The position numbers were made by a program, and so were the translations under genes. A stretch of 64,000 nt of DNA from assembly GCA_965203965.1 (NCBI GenBank), contig CBDBDR010000017.1:832001-896000 (forward strand), written 5' to 3'. A model generated the notes under the pieces. The model saw only the letters and a program-made list of their open reading frames with translations. It searched no databases and was not told the origin of the DNA. This document shows positions 11,070 through 20,758 of the stretch, piece after piece (the stretch's first letter is position 1; each line of letters opens with the position of its first letter). The DNA comes from Thermodesulfobacteriota bacterium. Lineage in GTDB: Bacteria; Desulfobacterota_D; UBA1144; Nemesobacterales; JAJCZQ01.

Positions 11070-12307
11070 ATTCTGGCACCTACCTCTTCCAACTTCTTGT
11101 CCAGATTCTCATAGCCACGGTCAAGATGATAAATACGGGAAATTTCCGTTCTGCCGTTTGCCGCTAACCCGGCGAGCACCAGCGACGCACTTGCTCTCAG
11201 ATCACTTGCCATTATCTGTGCCCCCGATAATTTTGATATTCCCCTAACAACCGCACTGTTGCCAATAAGTTTGATCTCAGCTCCCATCCTTCGTAACTCT
11301 CCCACGTGCATAAACCTCTGCGGAAATATCGTCTCAGTAATAATGCTCAACCCCTTTGATAGACACATAAGAGTCATCATTTGTGCCTGCATATCCGTGG
11401 GAAAACCCGGGAAAGGCAAAGTAGTGAAATCAACTCCGTCAGGTCTGTCAATTCCCCTGACTCTTATGCCTTCCTTTATCTTATCCACTCTCACCCCAGA
11501 CTGAACAAGTTTACCTACTAATGCCCCAACGTGTTCAAGCCTGCAATTTGCGATCTTAAGATCTCCTTCATTAAAAGCTGCCGCCACCATAAAAGTGCCA
11601 GCTTCAATCCTGTCGGGCATAACTTCATAATTCGTTACTGGATTCAGACTGTCAACACCCCGGATGGTTATAATGTCAGTTCCGGCACCAGATATTTTGG
11701 CACCCATTTTGTTCAGAAAATTCTCAAGCTCCACAATTTCTGGTTCACAAGCAGCATTGAAAATAACGGTTTCGCCTTTGGCTAAAACAGCGGACAGCAT
11801 TATGTTCTCTGTACCAGTAACGGTGGAAACATCAAAAGGCATAACTCCTCCTTTGAGTTTTTTGACTCTTGTCTCAACGTATCCGTCCTCCAGATTTATT
11901 TCCGCTCCGAGTATTCCAATTCCCTTAACGTGCTGATCTATCGGTCTTTCCCCAATAGCACACCCACCTGGCAAGGATACTTTGGCTTTGCCTAATCTAG
12001 AGGTCAATGGTCCCAGCACAAGAACGGAAGCTCGCATTGTTTTGACCAATTCATAAGGCGACTCCCATTTATTGATACCTGATGAATCAATCGTTAAATT
12101 GCCGTTCTCAAACTCAACTTTGGCTCCAAGCATGATAAGCAACTTCACCATTGTCCTCACGTCGGCAAGGTCTGGAACGTTTGTAAATGTGTTCAAACCG
12201 GAATTTAAAATACATGCAGCCATTAAGGGAAGAACGGCATTTTTTGCACCGCTTACCTTTACATTTCCTTTCAAGCCCTTTCCACCTTCTATTAATATGC
12301 GCTGCAT
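11051..12307 (-). CDS. murA: UDP-N-acetylglucosamine 1-carboxyvinyltransferase
   Basis: GAKNAVLP, LPGGCAIGERP, PDRIEAGT, FPTDMQAQ, HLDRGY. Confidence 0.98.
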   Translation of the reverse strand: MQRILIEGGKGLKGNVKVSGAKNAVLPLMAACILNSGLNTFTNVPDLADVRTMVKLLIMLGAKVEFENGNLTIDSSGINKWESPYELVKTMRASVLVLGPLTSRLGKAKVSLPGGCAIGERPIDQHVKGIGILGAEINLEDGYVETRVKKLKGGVMPFDVSTVTGTENIMLSAVLAKGETVIFNAACEPEIVELENFLNKMGAKISGAGTDIITIRGVDSLNPVTNYEVMPDRIEAGTFMVAAAFNEGDLKIANCRLEHVGALVGKLVQSGVRVDKIKEGIRVRGIDRPDGVDFTTLPFPGFPTDMQAQMMTLMCLSKGLSIITETIFPQRFMHVGELRRMGAEIKLIGNSAVVRGISKLSGAQIMASDLRASASLVLAGLAANGRTEISRIYHLDRGYENLDKKLEEVGARIWREKN

Positions 12308-13143
12308 TGTGCCTTTACCACTCTCTCTACTTTGTTTATATCCAATGTTACAGACGGCTCTCTGTATCCGGCAAGCTCAAAAAGTTTCACCGTTTTTCGG
12401 GACTGACCCTCGCCTATTTCCAGGATCAACCATCCGTCGTTCTTCAATTTTTCTTTTGATCTGAATACGATCTCTTTGATATGTGAAAACCCATCTTCAC
12501 CGCTAACAAGTGCCCGCCTTGGTTCATGTTTCTTAATTTCATCTTGTAGTTGCGAAAAATCCCGATCTGCAACGTAAGGCGGGTTACAGACAACCATATC
12601 AAGTGACCCGTCTTTTATACAATCAATAAGATTAGCGTTTATAAAAATAGAGTTATTATCAGTTCTGTTCAACTTTGTATTGTAGGCACCAGTTCTTGCG
12701 GCGTCAAAATACAAGTCCGTTGATATTAAGCTGATGTTTTTCCTCATTGAAGCCAGAACAATCCCTATGCAGCCGCTTCCCGAACAAGGGTCAGCCACGC
12801 GATACTCACGGTCAACAGGAATTATTTTTAATGCTTCGTCAACCACAAGCTCTGTTTCAGGTCTCGGTATCAGCACGTCTTTACCGACAATGAAATTTTT
12901 TGAGTAAAACTCCTTTATCCCTGTTATATAAGCATTGGGTTCGCCTTCTACTCTCCTGTTTATGAATTTATTGAACTTTGATGCGAAAACTTCGTCAACC
13001 TCCATCTCGGGCTCCGAAAAGATTGACGTTTTATCAAGTCCAGTTGCACTACAAAGCAAAGAAGATGCCTCAATTCCGGGTTCAGAAACATTTGCTTGAT
13101 GAAGCAAATGTTTACCTCTAATATAAATTTCTCTTAGTTGCAT
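12292..13143 (-). CDS. prmC: Release factor glutamine methyltransferase
   Basis: GEPNAYITG, VLIPRPETE, CSGSGCI, NPPY, LEIG. Confidence 0.95.
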   Translation of the reverse strand: MQLREIYIRGKHLLHQANVSEPGIEASSLLCSATGLDKTSIFSEPEMEVDEVFASKFNKFINRRVEGEPNAYITGIKEFYSKNFIVGKDVLIPRPETELVVDEALKIIPVDREYRVADPCSGSGCIGIVLASMRKNISLISTDLYFDAARTGAYNTKLNRTDNNSIFINANLIDCIKDGSLDMVVCNPPYVADRDFSQLQDEIKKHEPRRALVSGEDGFSHIKEIVFRSKEKLKNDGWLILEIGEGQSRKTVKLFELAGYREPSVTLDINKVERVVKAQCSAY

Positions 13144-13257
13144 AGTGTAATTTAAAAGTCAGCAAAATTTGATAGAGTGTATCCGTTAAGAATTTTATTT
13201 GGAAGTGGCAAGCAAATTTAATCAACAAAGTTAAAAGTCTGTAATCCATTACCACAA

Positions 13258-13950
13258 ATGAGCATTAGGGAAAATATTGATCTTATCCGTGCAAGAGTTA
13301 CAGCCTCTTGCTTAAAAGTAGATAGAAACCCCGATGAAGTTACTATTATCGGCGTCAGCAAACAAATAACAAAAGAGCTTATGATAGAGGCATACAAAGC
13401 CGGGATCGTAAATTTTGGTGAAAACTATGCGCAGGAGTTCAGGGATAAATACTCTTATCTGCACCCGGAATTTAATAATGCAAAGTGGCACTTTATAGGT
13501 CATCTTCAAAAAAACAAAGTCAAATACATAGTTGGAAAAGTAGCTTTTATACATTCAGTAAACAGTCTTGGCTTGGCGAAAGAGATCAACGCTCGCTCGG
13601 AAAAAATAGGAGCAATATCCGATATACTGGTTGAAATAAAGTCGGGCAATGAACCGTCAAAAACGGGAATATTTTTCACACAAGCCAAAGATCTGATAAA
13701 AGAAATAGGCAAACTGGAAAATATCAAGTTCAAAGGGTTGATGACAATGGCACCATACTTTGATGACCCGGAACTTGTCCGTCCTTATTTTAAGGAGGTT
13801 AAACTATTCAGTGATGAGTTGGTCAAGAAACACCCCGATGCAAATGAAATTTCAATGGGCATGAGCGGGGATTTTGAGATCGCAGTTGAAGAAGGCTCAA
13901 CTATCGTTAGAATAGGTTCAGCAATGTTTGGCAGCAGGAACAGCACTTAA
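13258..13950 (+). CDS. yggS: YggS/PROSC PLP homeostasis protein
   Basis: VSK, FGENYAQE, WHFIGHLQKNK, SMGMSGDF, VRIGS. Confidence 0.95.
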   Translation: MSIRENIDLIRARVTASCLKVDRNPDEVTIIGVSKQITKELMIEAYKAGIVNFGENYAQEFRDKYSYLHPEFNNAKWHFIGHLQKNKVKYIVGKVAFIHSVNSLGLAKEINARSEKIGAISDILVEIKSGNEPSKTGIFFTQAKDLIKEIGKLENIKFKGLMTMAPYFDDPELVRPYFKEVKLFSDELVKKHPDANEISMGMSGDFEIAVEEGSTIVRIGSAMFGSRNST

Positions 13951-14772
13951 ATGTATAAACTTGGGATAATAGGTGCCGGTAAAATGGCAGGGGCTTTGGT
14001 AAAAGGCATTCTGGGGTCGAGGAGTTACGGCAAAAACGAAATTGTTTTGAGCGACGTGGATAGTGATAAGTTGACCCGCCTGAAAAATGAGCATGGGATA
14101 AACGTAACCAAATGTAATAAGGAATTGTCTGAAAACTGTGGAATTGTAGTATTTGCCGTGAAGCCAGGGGATGTTACACCAGTGTTGAACGAGATCAAAA
14201 ACCACGTGAGTAAGAAAAAGCTATATATATCAATTGCCGCCGGCATAAAAATTTCCTCTATGGAAAAAACGCTGAAAAAAGAGTTAAAAATTGCAAGGGT
14301 TATGCCAAATAAAGCTACCGTAGTCCAGCAGGGTGCTTACGGAATATATTTTAACGGTCGCGTTGAAAACAAAGATAAAAAAGTAGTGGAAGATATATTC
14401 AACTCTCTTGGAAAGACCACTACTTTGGATAATGAGAATTTAATTGATGCTGTAACCGGACTCAGTGGGAGCGGACCAGCTTACGTTGCTATTTTTGCAG
14501 AAGCACTTGCAGATGCAGGGGTCAAGATGGGATTGAGCAGGGAAGCATCCATGGATCTGTGCTTGCAGACAATTCTCGGCACCGCCAAACTTATGATTGA
14601 AACGGGCACTCATCCCGCAAAGCTGAAAGATATGGTATCATCACCTGGTGGAACCACTATTACGGGAATACACGAATTAGAGAAACGAGGATTTAGAAAC
14701 GCCATTATCTCCGCGGTTGAAGCGGCAACAAACAGGTGTAAAAAACTTTCAGGACAAGATGAAAATAGATGA
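13951..14772 (+). CDS. proC: Pyrroline-5-carboxylate reductase
   Basis: IGAGKM, AVKP, RVMPN, GLSGSGPAY, SPGGTT. Confidence 0.97.
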   Translation: MYKLGIIGAGKMAGALVKGILGSRSYGKNEIVLSDVDSDKLTRLKNEHGINVTKCNKELSENCGIVVFAVKPGDVTPVLNEIKNHVSKKKLYISIAAGIKISSMEKTLKKELKIARVMPNKATVVQQGAYGIYFNGRVENKDKKVVEDIFNSLGKTTTLDNENLIDAVTGLSGSGPAYVAIFAEALADAGVKMGLSREASMDLCLQTILGTAKLMIETGTHPAKLKDMVSSPGGTTITGIHELEKRGFRNAIISAVEAATNRCKKLSGQDENR

Positions 14773-15059
14773 TAGTAATAATACAAGCTTTTGCATCAGT
14801 TATTGACACACTGCTCTACGTTTATTCCTTCCTGATTATAGGAAGGGCACTCATTTCATGGGTGAGTCCCGACCCGTATAACCCGATTGTCAATTTTTTA
14901 TACACGGTTACTGAACCGTTAATGAAATACGCAAGAAAAATAATACCCCCGATCGGCGGCACTATTGATATATCGCCGATAGTTGTATTAGTTCTTATAC
15001 ATCTAATAAGGGTCGCCGTAAACCAGCTACTTTTTGATTTGATAAGTTCCCTTCGATGA
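14769..15059 (+). CDS. yggT: YggT family membrane protein
   Basis: SWVSPDPYNPIV..L..VTEP, IDISP; yggS-proC-yggT synteny. Confidence 0.92.
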   Translation: MIVIIQAFASVIDTLLYVYSFLIIGRALISWVSPDPYNPIVNFLYTVTEPLMKYARKIIPPIGGTIDISPIVVLVLIHLIRVAVNQLLFDLISSLR

Positions 15060-15155
15060 AAACGAAAATTACACTAGGAAAATTGTAGAGACAAAACCAT
15101 AAATATCCGTATGTCACCACAAGTCAAACACGAAAATTTTGACCAGTTCTTTACT

Positions 15156-16175
15156 CTACATTGACCTTCCAACTGCTCCTGCAACGGATACAGCTTTCTT
15201 CATAAGATCATCAAAAGTCTTGGGCTTTAAAGATTGTCCTCCATCACTTGCTGCTGTTTCAGGACTGTTATGCACCTCAATAGCAAACCCATCGGCACCC
15301 GCAGCAATAGCAGCAAGGGTTACCGGAGTTACGTATTGCCAATAGCCCGTCCCGTGGCTTGGATCAGCAAACACTGGCAGGTGCGTTTTTTCCTTCAGCA
15401 CGGGTATGGCATTGAGATCAAAAGTGTTTCTCGTGGCAGTTTCAAAAGTTCTTATTCCTCTTTCACACAGCATCACGTTGGGATTTCCCTCGGATAGAAT
15501 GTATTCGGCACACATCAGAAACTCACTGATAGTGGTTGACATCCCTCTTTTTAAAAGAACGGGCTTTCTTGATCTTCCAACTAATTTCAGAAGCGAATAG
15601 TTTTGAGAATTTCTGGCACCTATCTGAAAAACATCTGCGTATTCCTCAAGTAATTCCAGGTCATTTGGGTCCATCAGTTCCGTAACGACTGGTAAGCCAG
15701 TTATTTCCCTTGCCTTTGCAAGGATCTTCAAACCATCCTTGCCCAGCCCCTGAAAGGAATATGGAGAAGTTCTGGGCTTAAACGCCCCACCCCTTAGCAT
15801 TGTTGCCCCTGACTTTTTAACACTCTCCGCAATCGTCAATAGTTGCTCTTCACTCTCAACCGAACATGGTCCCGCTATAACTGATATATTTTCACTTCCT
15901 ACTTCAACGCCGTTAATATTGATCCTGGACGTCTCGTTTACGATCTCTTTACTTGCAAGTTTGTAGGGTTGAACAATAGGAACAACCTTTTCCACGCCTT
16001 TTAGTTGTTTTAAGCTCTCCGCATGATGAGGCTTCCCTCTGTCATCACCGACGACACCGATCACGGTTCTTAGAATCCCTTCTATAGGATGAGGCGTGTA
16101 CCCAAGCTTTTCAATATGTTCCTTAACATTGTCAATCTCTTCTCTGCTTGCGTTATTTTTCATTACTACTATCAT
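15156..16175 (-). CDS. aroF: DAHP synthase type I-beta with N-terminal regulatory domain
   Basis: [44 protein letters not shown]. Confidence 0.95.
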   Translation of the reverse strand: MIVVMKNNASREEIDNVKEHIEKLGYTPHPIEGILRTVIGVVGDDRGKPHHAESLKQLKGVEKVVPIVQPYKLASKEIVNETSRININGVEVGSENISVIAGPCSVESEEQLLTIAESVKKSGATMLRGGAFKPRTSPYSFQGLGKDGLKILAKAREITGLPVVTELMDPNDLELLEEYADVFQIGARNSQNYSLLKLVGRSRKPVLLKRGMSTTISEFLMCAEYILSEGNPNVMLCERGIRTFETATRNTFDLNAIPVLKEKTHLPVFADPSHGTGYWQYVTPVTLAAIAAGADGFAIEVHNSPETAASDGGQSLKPKTFDDLMKKAVSVAGAVGRSM

Positions 16176-16341
16176 TATTTATCTCCCTGCTTATGGCTGA
16201 TGGCTGAAGAATTGCGTGAATCGTTTATTACTATCACATTGCAAACACTAATGTCAATTTACTCTTGCCATGTCCTTGTATGTGTTTACCAAGACCTTCA
16301 TTCTGTTCAACGGATAAATACTCTAAACTCAAAAACTGCAC

Positions 16342-16370
16342 TTGACATAAAATTATTTGGTTGTTATAAA
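16342..16370 (+). promoter_or_regulatory. Sigma70-type promoter of lipoprotein 1
   Basis: TTGACA-17 nt-TATAAA with TG extension, followed by GGAGG RBS before ATG 16410; duplicated at 17805. Confidence 0.75.
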
Positions 16371-16409
16371 TTAGTAGCAAGATAGTGAATTTAAAGGAGG
16401 TAGTATAAG

Positions 16410-17228
16410 ATGTTAAATTCTTACAAAAAATTGTTTGTTATATTGGCAGTATTGGTTGCTCCATTGATGTTTATCGCAGCATGCGACGATAGTGCTCCAC
16501 CCCGTCCCATGGATGATACCCCCGCTCCTCCGGATCCGGATCCCCCATCTGAGGATACAAGCTTGGGAAATCCCATAGAAATCTTATTTCCAGGTGCTGC
16601 AGCTTCATTTGCTAGTTTAGCGGATGAAGATGAAGCCGCATTAGCGCCCATAGTAGCGGGTACTGGAATTACTGTTGAGACACTCGCGGCGTTCGATAGT
16701 GAATTATCGGATGCGATTTTAGACCTGGATGACACTCAACTTGGTACTTTATTTAATAATATTCAGACGGTGGCTGATGATGATACATCAGCTATAACTG
16801 AGGAGGTCACTATGATACAAGAGGTTATAAATGGCGGATTGAACGATCTTCTTGTATTTGGGGAAACTGATGAAGACTTCGATTTCATAGGAACTGGCGC
16901 CGCCAATAACGATGATATAGTTGCGATTATTGATTCGTTAGAGATAGTGAACGAACCAGATAGCAGTAGTGTAGAATCTATAAGTTTTACAGCCCCCTGC
17001 GATGTTACTGCAATTTCATTGCCAGAAAATGTATTAGACCCGGCAGCAGGTGCAACTGCTGAAGTTACTCTTGATGGTGTAATTGTCGCTCCAGCCAATG
17101 AACAATATTTATTCACGCTCGCGGCTGCTGGTATGCCGACAACGGCCAGCGTCAGCGTAACGGCTGAAGATGGTGTGACGATGCGTACTTTAACAATTAC
17201 AACTGCAGCTGCCTCAGACTGTGAATAA
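16410..17228 (+). CDS. Acidic lipoprotein 1 with cadherin-like C-terminus (paralog family)
   Basis: Lipobox FIAA-C25, Pro/Asp linker, C-terminal VTAEDG..RTLTIT strand, Cys pair; strong RBS, promoter and terminator. Confidence 0.85.
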   Translation: MLNSYKKLFVILAVLVAPLMFIAACDDSAPPRPMDDTPAPPDPDPPSEDTSLGNPIEILFPGAAASFASLADEDEAALAPIVAGTGITVETLAAFDSELSDAILDLDDTQLGTLFNNIQTVADDDTSAITEEVTMIQEVINGGLNDLLVFGETDEDFDFIGTGAANNDDIVAIIDSLEIVNEPDSSSVESISFTAPCDVTAISLPENVLDPAAGATAEVTLDGVIVAPANEQYLFTLAAAGMPTTASVSVTAEDGVTMRTLTITTAAASDCE

Positions 17229-17255
17229 CCTAGCAACAACGGCTTAAAACAACTT

Positions 17256-17292
17256 GTAGGGAATGCACAGGTTTGCATTCCCTACTTTTTTT
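17256..17292 (+). terminator. Intrinsic terminator after lipoprotein 1
   Basis: GTAGGGAATGCA/TGCATTCCCTAC 12-bp stem followed by T7. Confidence 0.9.
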
Positions 17293-17309
17293 ATCTCTGA
17301 ACTTTAAGA

Positions 17310-17442
17310 AAGGTTAGTCGGCTTGTGTTGCTGAGGATAACACCACAGCTTCAGACGCTTCTAGAGATGCAGATCTGAATTCCCTGGAAATTGACGGTCT
17401 AACTCCCGGTAATGAAATAACGAAGAAACGAATTGATCCAAA
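17310..17442 (+). pseudogene. Decayed duplicate of the 5' part of lipoprotein 3
   Basis: 17318-17442 matches 18944-19086 with an 18-bp gap; AAGGTTAG at 17310 matches 18860; start codon and signal peptide are missing. Confidence 0.88.
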
Positions 17443-17671
17443 TTTTTCATAAAGACTTATTGCACTATAATTATCCAGTCTAACCTCAAGGATCGCATGG
17501 TTGGCACCTTTGTTAATAAAATACTCCAGCGTGTGGCAGACCAACTTCCGACCAATCCCTTTATTTCTAAACCTACCATCCACGGCTATTTTTAGTATGT
17601 GTATCTCGTCATAGATAAAATACGACAGGCAATATCCGATCAGTTTTCTATATTTATTCTCACAACCAATA
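17436..17671 (-). pseudogene. Internal duplicate fragment of rimI
   Basis: 236 bp matching 20358-20593 with 5 mismatches by manual comparison; lacks both gene ends. Confidence 0.92.
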
Positions 17672-17804
17672 GGGAGTTACACCACTCTACTTCTTTTCCT
17701 TATCATATCTCACCTCTCAATGATCTTCATTCTGTTCAACGGACAAAAATTTGGGATTGTTAGTTGGTCATTACCTATAAACACTCTAAACTCAAAAATT
17801 GCAC

Positions 17805-17833
17805 TTGACATAAAATTATTTGGTTGTTATAAA
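17805..17833 (+). promoter_or_regulatory. Sigma70-type promoter of lipoprotein 2
   Basis: Identical to 16342-16370. Confidence 0.75.
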
Positions 17834-17872
17834 TTAGCAGCAAGATAGTGAATTTAGAGGAGGTAGTATAAG

Positions 17873-18724
17873 ATGTTAAATTCTTACAAAAAATTGTTTG
17901 TTGTATTGGCAGTATTGATTGCTCCATTGATGTTTATCGCAGCATGCGACGATAGTGCTCCACCCCGTCCCATGGATGATACCCCCGCTCCTCCGGATCC
18001 GGATCCCCCATCTGAGGATGCAAGATTTCAAAGTGCTGCAGATACCACAGAGGCAATATTTCCAGGTATTGTAGCTTCGTTTATTGGTTTAGAAAATGCA
18101 GCAGATAGCGCATTAGAGCCCATAGTAGCGAATGTTCCAATTGGTGTTGCCACACTCAGGACTCTCAATAGGGAACTTGTGGATGAACTTTTAGACCTGG
18201 ATAACACTCAACTTGGTACTTTATTTAATAATATTCAGACGGTGGTTGATGGTTCATCAGCTGTAGCTGACGATGTAAGTATGATACAAGAAGCTATAAA
18301 TGAGGGAATTAACAATCTTCTTGTATTTGGGGAAGTTGATGCCCCAGTTCCTTTCATCGGAACTGCCGCTCCCAATAACGATGCTATAGTTGCGCTTGTT
18401 GATTCGTTAGAAATAGTGTACGCATCAACAAGCAGCAGTATAGAATCTATAAGTTTTACAGCCCCTTGCGGTGTTACTGCAGTTGAATACCCAGAAGATG
18501 CACTAGGTACGAGAGACGACGGTGCAAGTGTTGAAGTTACAGTAGTTAGTAGTGGTAGTCCTGATGACATGACAGTTATTGAGCCGGCAAATGAACAATA
18601 TACGTTCCAGCTCGAGGCTGGTATGATGATAATGCTTACTGCCTCCGTAACGGCTGAAGATGGTGAGACGACGGAGGATTTCACTTTAACAGTTGAAACC
18701 CCAACCGTCGCAGCATGTAGTTAA
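17873..18724 (+). CDS. Acidic lipoprotein 2 (paralog of 16410..17228)
   Basis: First 49 codons differ from lipoprotein 1 at only 2 nt; shares TQLGTLFNNIQTV, ESISFTAPC, PANEQY, VTAEDG. Confidence 0.85.
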   Translation: MLNSYKKLFVVLAVLIAPLMFIAACDDSAPPRPMDDTPAPPDPDPPSEDARFQSAADTTEAIFPGIVASFIGLENAADSALEPIVANVPIGVATLRTLNRELVDELLDLDNTQLGTLFNNIQTVVDGSSAVADDVSMIQEAINEGINNLLVFGEVDAPVPFIGTAAPNNDAIVALVDSLEIVYASTSSSIESISFTAPCGVTAVEYPEDALGTRDDGASVEVTVVSSGSPDDMTVIEPANEQYTFQLEAGMMIMLTASVTAEDGETTEDFTLTVETPTVAACS

Positions 18725-18763
18725 TTAGTCCTAAAACAAAAAACTCTCAATCACATGTAGTTA

Positions 18764-18801
18764 GTAGGGAATGCGCAGGTTTGCATTCCCTACTTTTTTT
18801 T
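18764..18801 (+). terminator. Intrinsic terminator after lipoprotein 2
   Basis: GTAGGGAATGC/GCATTCCCTAC stem plus T8; near-identical to 17256-17292. Confidence 0.9.
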
Positions 18802-18880
18802 ATCTCTGAACTTTAAGAATTGATTTAAGACAACTAAATGTTATGATAGAGAAGAAAACAAGGTTAGAGAGTTCTTACCC

Positions 18881-20161
18881 ATGTTGAATTTTTATGAAAA
18901 ATCACTCTTGACTGCGATCGTATTTGCATCTGTCATCTTCATCTCAGCTTGTGTTGCTGAGGATAGCATCACAACAAACACTATTAGAACAATTTCAGAC
19001 GCTTCTAGAGATGCAGATCTGAATTCCCTGGAAATTGATGGTCTAACTTCCAGTAATGAAATAACCAAGAAACGAATTGAACCAAACTTCAACAGCAATA
19101 TAATGCAATACACAGTTGACCTTCCCGGCAGCACTGAGACTATCACGGTTTTAGCAGAGACATCAAGTAATAGAGCCTCTATTGAATTTATGGAAAGGAT
19201 TGAAACTCTGCAGGATGCGGAAACAGGCATCCCGGGATTTCAAATATCTGCTCCCGACGAAGGTGGAATGGTAGAAATTGAAGTAGTCGTAACGGCTGCA
19301 GATAGAAGAACACAAAAAACTTACACTTTGGATATTACACGACATAATGGCAGCAGTACTGAGCATAGATCAAGTCTTCCAAAAGCAACAATATTAACGC
19401 AAGAAGTTCAAGACGAATTAGTTGCGATCACCAGCAGAGATGATGTCTCTGCCGCACTGATTAGTTTTGGAGTAATTAATCCTGATACGATAGAAGTTCT
19501 CCAAATGGGCGGAGACGAGACAGAAGATCTGATTTTATCACTTAGGGAGACTCAACTTGATTCAGTATTCTCTTTTCTGTCTGATGGAAATCTGCCAGGG
19601 GTTGACCAAGAAATTATAGACACTGCCGCAAGAGCATTAGAAGAACTAAATGATTCTCTGAATAACCTGTTTGTATTTACAAATGATGCTGACCGAATTT
19701 TCTTCGGAACTGACGACGACGGAGATAGTGCTGATACCACGATTATTAGCGCGCTCTACGCAGGTGCAATGAAAGATAGTAATAATGGAAATTTCTCCTT
19801 TACAGCCTTGTGCGAAGCTCGTATGATTGAAATTCCAGAAGATGCGGATGCATTACAACCGGCAAATCCGGGTGCTTCACTTCAGGTTACTATTCCCGAT
19901 GGTGATGGTGATGGTAATCCAGACCTTATCACTGCAACAAATGGGGAATACACATTCCCGCTCGCGGATGCTGGAAGTCCACTAGAGATAACGATCACCA
20001 TAACGGCTGAAGATGATTCGGCAATGAGCAGCCGAGTTTTAACAGTTACCACTCCAACACAAGAGGTTTGCGATGCTCAAACTCCCTTTTTGTTTGCGCC
20101 TACTACCCCTTCCCCTGATGAAATCAATCTTCCTGAAATAGATACATTCCCCGATGAATAG
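18881..20161 (+). CDS. Acidic lipoprotein 3 with extra N-terminal cadherin-like beta-sandwich domain
   Basis: Lipobox FISA-C; DADLNSL..PNF....QYTV...VVVTAAD..TQKTYTLDITR; the C-terminal part echoes lipoproteins 1/2 (ETQLD, LNNLFVF, FSFTALC, NGEYTF, ITAEDD). Confidence 0.8.
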   Translation: MLNFYEKSLLTAIVFASVIFISACVAEDSITTNTIRTISDASRDADLNSLEIDGLTSSNEITKKRIEPNFNSNIMQYTVDLPGSTETITVLAETSSNRASIEFMERIETLQDAETGIPGFQISAPDEGGMVEIEVVVTAADRRTQKTYTLDITRHNGSSTEHRSSLPKATILTQEVQDELVAITSRDDVSAALISFGVINPDTIEVLQMGGDETEDLILSLRETQLDSVFSFLSDGNLPGVDQEIIDTAARALEELNDSLNNLFVFTNDADRIFFGTDDDGDSADTTIISALYAGAMKDSNNGNFSFTALCEARMIEIPEDADALQPANPGASLQVTIPDGDGDGNPDLITATNGEYTFPLADAGSPLEITITITAEDDSAMSSRVLTVTTPTQEVCDAQTPFLFAPTTPSPDEINLPEIDTFPDE

Positions 20162-20262
20162 ATCCAAACCTGCTCCCTCCTGGAATAGATCGATTAGTTC
20201 CTCTAATAACTTCCAAGAGAATATTTTAATTGTCTCTCGTATAAAGGACGAGAAGTTTTTAT

Positions 20263-20739
20263 TTACCTTGCAGGGTAATTTTGTAGATCAAGTAACATCT
20301 CAAGAGCATCGTCGCCGGTCTTACTATAATAATTTCTCCTGACCCTCAAACTTTCAAATCCAAGTTTTTCATAAAGACTTATTGCACTATAATTATCCAG
20401 TCTAACCTCAAGGATCGCATGGTTGGCACCTTTGTTAATAAAATACTCCAGCGTGTGGCAGACCAACTTCCGACCAATCCCTTTATTTCTAAACCTACCA
20501 TCCACGGCTATTTTTAGTATGTGTATCTCGTCATAGACAAAATACGACAGGCAATATCCGATCAGTTCTCCATATTCATTCTCACAACCAATACTGTAAG
20601 AATTTTTATTTTTAAATAACGTTTCAAAAACCGTGCGAGGCCACGGAGATACAAAAGAAACGTCCTCAATTTTTAGTATTCCATCCAGATATTCTTCCGT
20701 CAGCTCTAGAATACAGTCCTTAGTTGTAATATCAGCCAT
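20263..20739 (-). CDS. rimI: Ribosomal protein S18 alanine N-acetyltransferase
   Basis: F.SPW, DEIHILKIAV..FRNKGIG, LEVR..N..AI.LY.KLGF...RRNYY...DAL. Confidence 0.92.
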   Translation of the reverse strand: MADITTKDCILELTEEYLDGILKIEDVSFVSPWPRTVFETLFKNKNSYSIGCENEYGELIGYCLSYFVYDEIHILKIAVDGRFRNKGIGRKLVCHTLEYFINKGANHAILEVRLDNYSAISLYEKLGFESLRVRRNYYSKTGDDALEMLLDLQNYPAR

Positions 20740-20758
20740 GACTTTACCATATTAAACA

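Noticed and set aside
17314..17583. 89-aa minus-strand ORF as a real gene
   Set aside because: It is the rimI duplicate fragment fused to the antisense of the lipoprotein 3 fragment
16410..18724. Diversity-generating retroelement (TR/VR pair) as cause of lipoprotein divergence
   Set aside because: Position 1-2 bias is suggestive, but differences are not adenine-specific in either copy, span over 600 bp with indels, both copies are full genes, and no reverse transcriptase is in the window; a remote DGR is not excluded
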